64,000 nt of DNA from Rebecca billardiae RCC1528 (taxonomy: Eukaryota > Protista > Haptophyta), in assembly GCA_965240325.2 (NCBI GenBank), contig OZ251229.1:1736001-1800000 (forward strand), in the 5' to 3' direction. Shown here one piece after another: positions 10,001 to 16,562 of the stretch. A program made the translations under genes and the position numbers. The notes below the pieces were generated by a model that saw only the letters and a list, made by a program, of their open reading frames with translations, was not told the origin of the DNA and did not search any database. Position 1 is the stretch's first letter. Each line of letters starts with the position of its first letter.

Positions 10001-11763
10001 GAGGGCTGCGGCGGCGCAGACGAGGGCTGCGGCAGAGACGGCGTCGGGCTTGGCGGCGATGATGGCGGCGACGATGGTGGCGAGCTTGGCGGTGGCGGCA
10101 GTGAGGGCGGCGCAGGCGGCGCGCTAGGCCCGGGCATCGCATTGCCGAGCGGGCACGGCCACTCGTTGTGCATGTTGTCGAGCAGCGTCTTCACGCGCTC
10201 CACCTCTGCCTGGAAGTCCTCGGGCGGCAGCTGCATCGCGTCCTGCACCATCGTGATCACCTCCGCCGCGCTGAGCGGGTACGTCACGTCAGGGTGGCCC
10301 GCGTTGAGCACGGCCGCGGCAGCGGTGCGCGAGAGCTGCCACCAGTTGTTGCCGTGGGCGTTGTGCGTTCGGGCGCCATCCTGCATCACCTCGAGCAGCT
10401 CCCACGCGCCCGCGGCGACTGCGCGGTCGAACCAGCCCGACTCTGCGGGCGTGAGCGCGAAGTGCGCGTTGAACGCGCTCGAGGGCGAGATGGCGGCGGG
10501 CGCCCACTGCGGGAGGTGGTTCTTCCAGTAGCCGGGCGTGCACGCCTCGTAGCCCTCGGCGAGCGGAGGTGAAGGGCTGGGCGAGTCACTACTCACGCTC
10601 GGCGGCGGGTGCGGCGGCTCAGATGGCGGCGGTGGCGATGGCGGAGGCGGCGGCGACGGGCTGGGCGGAGGTGGTGGAGGCGAGGGCGGCGGAGACGGAC
10701 TGGGCGGAGGCGGGCTCGCCGCCGGCGAGGGCGGCGGCGTCGAGGGCGGAGACGAGGGCGACGCGGGCCCGCAGCCATCGCAGGCCGATGACGCCTGTGC
10801 GTCGTCGCACATCACAACCGCATCTGTGCCGCCATGGCACTGCGCTGACGCGCTCCCTCCAACCGCGACAGCTGCACAGCTCGCAGATGCTGCGGCGTTC
10901 CTCTCGAAGGTGTTGCACCCCTCGAGCTCGAGCGAGGCCGAGCCTCGCAGCAGCACGGCGCCACCCTCGGCCCCGGCCACGTTGTGCTTGAGCGCGCTGT
11001 CGGCCAGCGTCACGGCGGCGCTGTCGCTGGCAAGGGCACCGCCCGAGCCGCCTGCGCTGTTGGCGGTGAGCGAGGTGTGCGTCAGCGTGAGAGACGCGTC
11101 GTTGCCCATGGCATACACCGCGCCGCCGTCCGCGCCCGCCTCGCAGTCGACAAACTCGGTGTTCTGTACCGCGATCGTGCTCGCGTCCGAAAAGAGCGCC
11201 GCCCCGGACGAGCCTGCGCTCAGCTGCGCAAAGCGGCAGCCCGAGACGGATGCGGCCGAATCTTGAGCGTACACGCCCGCGCCCTGGCCGCTCGAGGTGC
11301 TGTCGCGGAACTCGCAGTCGACCAGGGCGACGTCGTCGCTCTGCTCGATGAAGACGCCTGCCCCTTGCGAGGCGGCGCTGTCGTAGAAGGTGCAGTTGCT
11401 GATCGTCGCGGACGATTTGTACACGTGGAGGCCGCCGGCGGGCGCGTGGCTGAAGCGGAGGTTGTGCAGCAGCAGGCCGTCCGCGCGCTGCGCCTTGAGG
11501 AGGTGGTGCGTCGTGCTGCCTGAAGTGACGAGCACGGCTGCGCCCGCCGGGCATGTGACCGTCAAGTCACTTTTATCCAGCACGAGCTGGTCGCTGACGA
11601 GGTACGTGCCGGCCTCGAGCTCGAGCGTGTCGCACTTGGCCAGGTCGGCAACGGCGTCGAGCAGCTCGGCGCTCGTGGCGATCGAGATCGTGCGGCAGCG
11701 GCTCGCGACGGCCGGGGCGATGGCCGCGAGGGCGCAGAGCGCCGTCAGACGGCGCGCGTGCAT
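1..11763 (-). CDS. Giant secreted Ser/Pro-rich (extensin/HRGP-like) protein, >3900 aa and open at the window edge: signal peptide, beta-helix repeats, CTPGYWKNH domain, then >3300 aa of SPn repeats
   Basis: ATG at 11763 gives MHARRLTALCALAAIAPAVAS (signal-like). GAGVF/GGAVY/GGAL repeats of pectin-lyase-like beta-helix type follow at ~10830-11690, then EACTPGYWKNH at ~10545, then CCN-codon repeats in the same frame down to position 1. The stop-like triplets I checked are out of frame. Probably absent from the ORF track because it has no stop inside the window. Confidence 0.85.
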   Translation of the reverse strand, partial: MHARRLTALCALAAIAPAVASRCRTISIATSAELLDAVADLAKCDTLELEAGTYLVSDQLVLDKSDLTVTCPAGAAVLVTSGSTTHHLLKAQRADGLLLHNLRFSHAPAGGLHVYKSSATISNCTFYDSAASQGAGVFIEQSDDVALVDCEFRDSTSSGQGAGVYAQDSAASVSGCRFAQLSAGSSGAALFSDASTIAVQNTEFVDCEAGADGGAVYAMGNDASLTLTHTSLTANSAGGSGGALASDSAAVTLADSALKHNVAGAEGGAVLLRGSASLELEGCNTFERNAAASASCAAVAVGGSASAQCHGGTDAVVMCDDAQASSACDGCGPASPSSPPSTPPPSPAASPPPPSPSPPPSPPPPPPSPSPPPPPSPPPPSEPPHPPPSVSSDSPSPSPPLAEGYEACTPGYWKNHLPQWAPAAISPSSAFNAHFALTPAESGWFDRAVAAGAWELLEVMQDGARTHNAHGNNWWQLSRTAAAAVLNAGHPDVTYPLSAAEVITMVQDAMQLPPEDFQAEVERVKTLLDNMHNEWPCPLGNAMPGPSAPPAPPSLPPPPSSPPSSPPSSPPSPTPSLPQPSSAPPQPSPPPPSPSPPPSSPPPPPPSPPPSSSPPPPPSPPPSSPPPPPPSPPPSSPPPSPPGLPPSSPPPPPPFPPPSSPPPPGPSPPPSPPPPPPSPSPPPSTSPSPPPSPPPPPPSPSPPPPPSPSPLPAQPPPPSSPPPPGPSPPPSPPPPPPSPSPPPSTSPSPPPSPPPPPPRPSPPPPPSPSPPPSTPPPPPPSPPPSPPPPPPPSPPPSSPPPPPPSPPPSSPPPPGPSPPPSPPPPPPSPSPPPSTSPSPPPSPPPPPPSPSPPPPPSPSPLPAQPPPPSSPPPPGPAPPPSPPPPPPSPSPPPSTSPSPPPSPPPPPPRPSPPPPPSPSPPPSTPPPPPPSPPPSPPPPPPPSPPPSSPPPPPPSPPPSSPPPPGPSPPPSPPPPPPSPSPPPPPSPSPLPAQPPPPSSPPPPGPSPPPSPPPPPPSPSPPPSTSPSPPPSPPPPPPRPSPPPPPSPSPPPSTPPPPPPSPPPSPPPPPPPSPPPSSPPPPPPSPPPSSPPPPGPSPPPSPPPPPPSPSPPPPPSPSPLPAQPPPPSSPPPPGPSPPPSPPPPPPSPSPPPSTSPSPPPSPPPPPPRPSPPPPPSPSPPPSTPPPPPPSPPPSPPPPPPPSPPPSSPPPPPPSPPPSSPPPPGPSPPPSPPPPPPSPSPPPSTSPSPPPSPPPPPPSPLPPPPPSPSPLPAQPPPPSSPPPPGPAPPPSPPPPPPSPSPPPSTSPSPPPSPPPPPPSPSPPPPPSPSPLPAAPPPPSSPPPPGPSPPSSPPPPPPSPSPPPSTSPSPPPSPPPPPPSPSPPPPPSPSPLPAQPPPPSSPPPPGPAPPPSPPPPPPSPSPPPSTSPSPPPSPPPPPPSPSPPPPPSPSPLPAQPPPPSSPPPPGPAPPPSPPPPPPSPSPPPSTSPSPPPSPPPPPPSPSPPPPPSPSPLPAAPPPPSSPPPPGPSPPPSPPPPPPSPSPPPSTSPSPPPSPPPPPPSPSPPPPPSPSPLPAQPPPPSSPPPPGPSPPPSPPPPPPSPSPPPSTSPSPPPSPPPPPPSPSPPPPPSPSPLPAQPPPPSSPPPPGPSPPPSPPPPPPSPSPPPSTSPSPPPSPPPPPPSPSPPPPPSPSPLPAQPPPPSSPPPPGPSPPPSPPPPPPSPSPPPSTSPSPPPSPPPPPPSPSPPPPPSPSPLPAQPPPPSSPPPPGPSPPPSPPPPPPSPSPPPSTSPSPPPSPPPPPPSPSPPPPPSPSPPEPAPPPSPPPPPPSPSPPPNASPSPPPSPPPPPPSPSPPPPPSPSPPEPAPPPSPPPPPPSPSPPPPPSPSPPEPAPPPSPPPPPPSPSPPPNASPSPPPSPPPPPPSPSPPPPPSPSPPEPAPPPSPPPPPPSPSPPPNASRSPPPSPPPPPPSPSPPPPPSPSPPEPAPPPSPPPPPPSPSPPPNASPSPPPSPPPPPPSPSPPPPPSPSPPEPAPPPSPPPPPPSPSPPPPPSPSPPEPAPPPSPPPPPPSPSPPPNASPSPPPSPPPPPPSPSPPPSPSPSPPEPAPPPSPPPPPPSPSPPPPPSPSPPEPAPPPSPPPPPPSPSPPPNASPSPPPSPPPPPPSPSPPPPPSPSPPEPAPPPSPPPPPPSPSPPPPPSPSPPEPAPPPSPPPPPPSPSPPPNVSPSPPPSPPPPPPSPSPPPPPSPSPPEPAPPPSPPPPPPSPSPPPPPSPSPPEPAPPPSPPPPPPSPSPPPNASPSPPPSPPPPPPSPSPPPPPSPSPPEPAPPPSPPPPPPSPSPPPPPSPSPPEPAPPPSPPPPPPSPSPPPNASPSPPPSPPPPPPSPSPPPPPSPSPPEPAPPPSPPPPPPSPSPPPPPSPSPPEPAPPPSPPPPPPSPSPPPNASPSPPPSPPPPPPSPSPPPPPSPSPPEPAPPPSPPPPPPSPSPPPNASPSPPPSPPPPPPSPSPPPPPSPSPPEPAPPPSPPPPPPSPSPPPPPSPSPPEPAPPPSPPPPPPSPSPPPNASPSPPPSPPPPPPSPSPPPPPSPSPPEPAPPPSPPPPPPSPSPPPPPSPSPPEPAPPPSPPPPPPSPSPPPNASPSPPPSPPPPPPSPSPPPPPSPSPPEPAPPPSPPPPPPSPSPPPNASPSPPPSPPPPPPSPSPPPPPSPSPPEPAPPPSPPPPPPSPSPPPPPSPSPPEPAPPPSPPPPPPSPSPPPNASPSPPPSPPPPPPSPSPPPPPSPSPPEPAPPPSPPPPPPSPSPPPPPSPSPPEPAPPPSPPPPPPSPSPPPNASPSPPPSPPPPPPSPSPPPPPSPSPPEPAPPPSPPPPPPSPSPPPNASPSPPPSPPPPPPSPSPPPPPSPSPPEPSPPPSPPPPPPSPSPPPNASPSPPPSPPPPPPSPSPPPPPSPSPPEPAPPPSPPPPPPSPSPPPNASPLPPPSPPPPPPSPSPPPPPSPSPPEPAPPPSPPPPPPSPSPPPPPSPSPPEPAPPPSPPPPPPSPSPPPNASPSPPPSPPPPPPSPSPPPPPSPSPPEPAPPPSPPPPPPSPSPPPNASPSPPPSPPPPPPSPSPPPPPSPSPPEPAPPPSPPPPPPSPSPPPNASPSPPPSPPPPPPSPSPPPPPSPSPPEPAPPPSPPPPPPSPSPPPPPSPSPPEPAPPPSPPPPPPSPSPPPNASPSPPPSPPPPPPSPSPPPPPSPSPPEPAPPPSPPPPPPSPSPPPNASPSPPPSPPPPPPSPSPPPPPSPSPPEPAPPPSPPPPPPSPSPPPPPSPSPPEPAPPPSPPPPPPSPSPPPNASPSPPPSPPPPPPSPSPPPPPSPSPSEPAPPPSPPPPPPSPSPPPNASPSPPPSPPPPPPSPSPPPPPSPSPPEPSPPPSPPPPPPSPSPPPNASPSPPPSPPPPPPSPSPPPPPSPSPPEPAPPPSPPPPPPSPSPPPPPSPSPPEPAPPPSPPPPPPSPSPPPNASPSPPPSPPPPPPSPSPPPPPSPSPPEPAPPPSPPPPPPSPSPPPNASPSPPPSPPPPPPSPSPPPPPSPSPPEPAPPPSPPPPPPSPSPPPNASPSPPPLPSRPPSSPPPPPPSPPPRSPPPPPPSPPPSSPPPPPPSPPPSSPPPPPPSPPPSSPPPPPPSPPPSSPPPPPPSPPPSSPPPPPPSPPPSSPPPPPPSPPPSSPPPPPPSPPPHSPPPPPPSPPPSSPPPPPPSPPPSSPPPPPPSPPPSSPPPPPPSPPPSSPPPLPPSPPPSSPPPPPPSPPPSSPPPPPPSPPPSSPPPPPPSPPPISPPPPPPSPPPSSPPPPPPSPPPSSPPPPPPSPPPSSPPPPPPSPPPSSPPPPPPCPPPSSPPPPPPSPPPSSPPPPPPSPPPSSPPPPPPSPPPSSPPPPPPSPPPSSPPPPPPSPPQSS

Positions 11764-12798
11764 GGCCGGGAGACCTCGCGCAAGCGCGCGGAGAGCGAGG
11801 TGACCGCTCTGGAGGCGGACTCTGGCGAACTCGTGCCCGCGAAGGCACCGGCGGACGAAGCGTGACGCGTGCGCGCACTGGGCGGGTCATCAAGAATCTT
11901 TCGGGCTCGCCTGTGATTGCAATCCCGAGTTAATTTGCCATCTTATGTTTCGTCCCTGAACCTTCTTTCAGGGCTCACAAGGAGATCATCATGTAGTTCC
12001 ATATTCGACACCCAATACGTGTGCAAACACGCGATCCCATCCGCGCCCGAATTAGCACTCAAAGCCGGGAAAGCGTGACATAAATAGGTCTATTCATTGG
12101 CTTGTCGATTTCGCTCATCACATAGCGTCAAATGGATCTGGACGTTTCTATGTGGTGGTTGGTTTCAGTACTCTTTAGTAGTAGCGTGGACGTCGATTCT
12201 TCTATCTATGCGGCGGTTGGGCTCGTCCCCTTCTGATGATGTTGTCCGCAGTGCGCGACTGAGCGAGAGCGCACGCGACGCCGCGGGACCGCGTGCTTCA
12301 TGACGGAGTTGACTCACAATGACTCATTGACATTTGACTCTGACGGCGCGCGTCAGGCCTTTGACAATCGGGCTCCGTCGCCTGATCACGCGACACGCAG
12401 CTCGCAGCTCACAATGGCACAACTTTGCCGCTCACGACCGGCCGGGTGCCTCGGGCGAACGGCGGACAGACCGGCGCCGCGAGTCGGGCTCGTCGGACTC
12501 GCAGCCCGGCACGAGACCGACGCAGCGACGGTTCGCGGTTCGTTGGGTAAACTGGAATTGGGGCCTGCTTTGGACAGCCACTCGACAACAGCAGCAGCGC
12601 GCCCTCACGAGCAGCCCACGCAGCGACGAGCGCGCGCTGCTCGCCGACGATGCGACATTGGACAAGTGGACAACCGCCTGGTACGTCCAGCAGCCTACGG
12701 CGTGCTCCGAGTCGCGGGAAGAGCACCATCTCCCGCTCACGGGCACCGATCCGTCGAGGCTGGCGACTGCGCCGTGCTGCGCTGGCGCCTGTGCGGCC

Positions 12799-14307
12799 TC
12801 ACTCCTCAGAGGCGGCGAGCCGGCGCCGGCGCTCGTCACAGTCGGCAGACTTGACATCGACAAGGCCCAGGAAGTGGCACCACGCGTCGGACGCATGATC
12901 GATCGTCCGGTCCAGGAAGACCTCCCGGCAGCGTTCCTTCGTGACCCAGCGCCACAACGGCCCGCTGCTGCACTTCCGCTTCTTGTTGCTGGGCGGCGGC
13001 GAGGGCGACGGCGACGACGGCGGCGCGACGTGCCTGGGCCAGTCGTCGCTCATGCCGGTCGCGTACACGCCTCCGTAGTAGTGCAGCCCGCCGCGGGCGC
13101 CCTGGAGCGTGTTCTCGATGTGATCGAACGCTGCCTCCATCCCGGCCTGTGTGCGCACGCCCGTCGCGCATGTGTAGTCGGCAGGCAGGCTCGACACCTC
13201 CGTGTGCGGTGCGAACGAGAGCCGACAGTCGGAGGTTGGGTTGAGGTACGCGAGCACGTAGAACTGCTTCGCGGCAGCGTGGTTGTTGAGCCAGTACGAG
13301 TACCCAGCCGTCTCCGCCCTCGACACCATGGTCGAGGGCTCGTTCCATGCGACCTGCACGCGACGCGCGCCGAGCACGAGAATGCCACGCGCGCCGCGCC
13401 GCGCATGCGTTGTGAGGTGCGCTGGGCCGACCGCGTGTGGGATGCGTGGCGACGCCGCGGCTCACAGCCGGCCGGCCGAACACCCAGGCCCGCCGCACAG
13501 CGCTCGCGCGGAGCGGCGCACACGGCCGCGGACGCGACCGCGCACACGCCAGCCGCTCGCACCGCGCGCGCACACCTGTACGTCCACTGAGGTTGCGATG
13601 TCAATCATGTGGTGCGTGGGCAACTTGGAGGCGTTGGGCGTCCCCGGCGGGCCCCACTCGACGGGCTTGTCCACCGAGTCGCAGACCGACCAGTGCCAGC
13701 CGATCGAGAAGTGCAGCGGCAGCGGCGCCGCCTTGTCCCGCGCGTACCACAGGTCATCGAGCACGGCACGGACCTCGTCGTCGCCCGAGCACTTGATGTT
13801 CGTGAAGTGCTCGTTGTTGATGGCGACGCCGGCAAAGGCGGGGGCGGCGCCGCTGGCGACGCCGGGGCAGCTCTTCGACCCGCAGAGGCCGTTGTGCTCG
13901 TGCGCGAGGTACACCATGTCCTTCTCCGAGAAGTCGGCGTCGCTGACGGCGAAGAGCGCGAACACGTCGATGCCGTGCGAGCGCGCTTCGCACAGCGTGT
14001 CGTAGAGGACGCCGTCGCAGTACCCGCCCGCCTTGGCATCTTCGAGCATGGTCTTCACGTGCGAGAGGAAGATACGCGTGATCTTGCGCCCGGGCCGGGT
14101 GCACGCCTGCCACAGGTTCGCACGCCGCTCGGCATTCTGCCAGGCCGGGAAGAAGCACTCGGGGTGGGTCGACTTGGAGCGGTACACGCCGGCGCAGCTG
14201 ATGGAAGGGTCGGCGTTGAACATGTCGTTCCACACGTACATCGAGTAGTCCTGCGCGTAGGCCGCCCGCAGCGCCGCGCACGCGAGGACGAGCGCCTTGG
14301 CCCACAT
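12799..14307 (-). CDS. Secreted protein, possibly a TIM-barrel glycoside hydrolase-like enzyme; 2 exons (intron 13354-13575)
   Basis: Signal peptide MWAKALVLACAALRAAYA. A GT..AG intron joins VDVQ|VAWNEP in frame. FAGVAINNEH motif and a short SP linker before a small Cys-containing tail. Confidence 0.7.
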
Positions 14308-14662
14308 GGCTCGGCACGGCTGGTGGCGGCGGCGGCGGTAAGCGGTGGGAAAGCGGCTCGGCAATCGTCAATCGTCACATATTTCCCGTTTGGTGAGCCG
14401 GGCGCGCCAGCGCGGCGCGCCCGCCCGGCCCCGCGCGGCTTCGCACTTTGTGGAATTGTGGATCGGCATATGGGGATACTATGATACTGATAACCATATG
14501 GCTGGCTATCCACTCCTTGCGGTGCCGTATTCATCTGCTCGATGAAGCCCCTTTTCACGTAACCAACTTTTAGTTGGCAAGAGTCTTCAAACATAGTGAC
14601 GAAAATAGGCATCGAGGTGATGCGCAGCCGTGGCTAAAGCGCCTCTCGCGACTCCCGAGGCG

Positions 14663-16303
14663 ATGCGCCTCCTCCTCAGCGCGCTCGTCGCGTGCGCCGC
14701 GGCGTCGGCGGCGGCGGCCGAGGCGTGCACGGCGTCCGGCCAGGACCCGTGGCTCGGCGGCACCCACGCGCACTGCTGCGAGGGCCTCACCGAGTGCAAG
14801 TCTGACTGGGACTCGGACGGCGTGTCGAGCTTCCTCTGCCTCGCGTCGTGCGGCGGTCCGCCGGAGCCGAGCATGTGCACGGGCTCGGCGTCCAACCCGT
14901 GGGCGTCGGGCGCGGAGAAGCTGTGCTGCGATGGCCTGCGCCCGTGCTTCGGCGACTGGAACGCCGACGGCCTCGCCGGCTTCCTCTGCCTCGCAAGCTG
15001 CGACGCGCTGCCCCAAGGCTCGCAGCTCTGCACAGAATCGGGCGCCGACCCGTACTCGAGCGGCGCGATCCGGCCGTGCTGCGCCGGGCTCGAGCGCTGC
15101 GTGTACGCGTTCGACGGCCCGACGAAGCCCGCCTCGTGGCAGTGCCTCCCCGACTGCGCCGCGCTGTGGGCGCCGTCCGCGCCGCCCGCGCCTTCGGCGC
15201 CGCCCGCGCCGTCCGCGCCGCCCGCGCCGTCGGCGCCGCCGGCCGTGGAGGCCGGCATCGCCACGTGCGAGTCGGTGGGCGACCCGCACTTCCGCACGTT
15301 CGACGGCGCGCGGTACGACTACCAGGGCCTCGGCACGCACGAGCTGGCGCACGTCCCCGCCAGCGGCCTGCGCGTGCACGCGTACCACTGCCGCTGGGGC
15401 GCCGCGGCCGCCGCGAACGCGGCCGTCGCGTGGACGCTCGGGGCTCACACCTTCGAGCTCTACGGCGACGTGCTGCTCGTGGACGGCGAGGTGCCGCCCT
15501 TCTTCCTGGCGGGGCTCGAGCCGGGCGACGCGCCGAGCGAGGACGGCACGGTGCGCGGCTCGCGATGCGACTACAACCTCGCCGACGGCACGCGGCTCGA
15601 GATGGGCGGCGGCGGAGGCGCGCTGCTCGACGTTGTGCGCACCACGCTCGGCCGCACGAGCGTGCGCGCGTTCCGCCGCTCGGGCGGCCGCTTCGCCACG
15701 GGGCACTGGTACGACGTGTACGTGCGCACGCCCGAGTCGCACGTGGCGGACGACTCGGGCGTCAACGGCCTGTGCGCGGACCCGCTCGCGCCCGAGCGCC
15801 ACCTGCTGCTCGGCGACGGCCTCTTCAGCGCGGCCGCGGATGCGCACAAGGCGACCGTGGCAGCGTGCGACGCCGCCGCCGCGAACGCGGGCGGCAGCGC
15901 GTGCGAGCGGCCCGGCACGGATTGCTGCCTGATGGACTGGGGCCGGGCGTCCCGGCTGTGCGCACACGTCGCGTGCGACTCCGTCGCGTACCACAGCTGC
16001 CTGTACGACTGCTGCGCCGCCGGCATCGACGAGTGCCGGGGAGCGTACCCCGAGCCCGCGCCGTGCGCTCCTTGCACGCCCCCGTTCGGCGACCCCTGGC
16101 TGAGCTACCCCGAGAAGCTGGGCTGTTGCGAGGGGCTGCAGGAGTGCCTCGGCGACTTTGACGGGGTGCCGCAGACGCCCTGGACGTTCCAGTGCCTCGA
16201 CGACTGCCCGCCGGTGTCCACGGCGCCGTCCGCGCCGCCCGCGCCGTCCGCGCCGCCGGCGCCACCGCCCGCGACGCGGCCGCCGGGGACTGGCCGGAGA
16301 TGA
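14663..16303 (+). CDS. Cys-rich secreted VWD-domain protein, copy 1 (C-terminally deleted and frameshifted; possible pseudogene)
   Basis: Signal peptide MRLLLSALVACAAASA; repeated C..GxDPW..CCxGL modules; GDPHFRTFDGARYDYQG (von Willebrand D start motif). Lacks the CPRC modules of copy 2 and its tail is out of frame. Confidence 0.75.
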   Translation: MRLLLSALVACAAASAAAAEACTASGQDPWLGGTHAHCCEGLTECKSDWDSDGVSSFLCLASCGGPPEPSMCTGSASNPWASGAEKLCCDGLRPCFGDWNADGLAGFLCLASCDALPQGSQLCTESGADPYSSGAIRPCCAGLERCVYAFDGPTKPASWQCLPDCAALWAPSAPPAPSAPPAPSAPPAPSAPPAVEAGIATCESVGDPHFRTFDGARYDYQGLGTHELAHVPASGLRVHAYHCRWGAAAAANAAVAWTLGAHTFELYGDVLLVDGEVPPFFLAGLEPGDAPSEDGTVRGSRCDYNLADGTRLEMGGGGGALLDVVRTTLGRTSVRAFRRSGGRFATGHWYDVYVRTPESHVADDSGVNGLCADPLAPERHLLLGDGLFSAAADAHKATVAACDAAAANAGGSACERPGTDCCLMDWGRASRLCAHVACDSVAYHSCLYDCCAAGIDECRGAYPEPAPCAPCTPPFGDPWLSYPEKLGCCEGLQECLGDFDGVPQTPWTFQCLDDCPPVSTAPSAPPAPSAPPAPPPATRPPGTGRR

Positions 16304-16562
16304 TGTGCCGGCCGCAGGCCGAGGGTAGCGCCACCGACTACCGACTGATGAACAGTGTCTGGTGCTATGAATGATGACCACGACGACCGAGTTGGAGCCC
16401 GACACTGCTTGAGCTTGCCTGGTGGCAACCGCGCGGATGACTCCAATGATTCCATCAGGGAATCCGGGATTCCCTCATATTAATGATCTATCTGGTTGCG
16501 GGCCCGCCCGCGCAGGTGGAGGCCGGCCGTGGAGGCGCGAGGAGCTCTCAACTCCCGAGGCG

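Noticed and set aside
9-10531. 1689-aa Ala/Val-rich and 3170-aa Gly-rich + strand ORFs
   Set aside because: Antisense shadows of the minus-strand Pro-rich gene, which has the signal peptide and globular domains.
12300-13590. 418-aa + strand ORF at 12334-13590 and neighbouring ORFs
   Set aside because: Mostly antisense to the spliced minus-strand gene, with no recognisable motifs.
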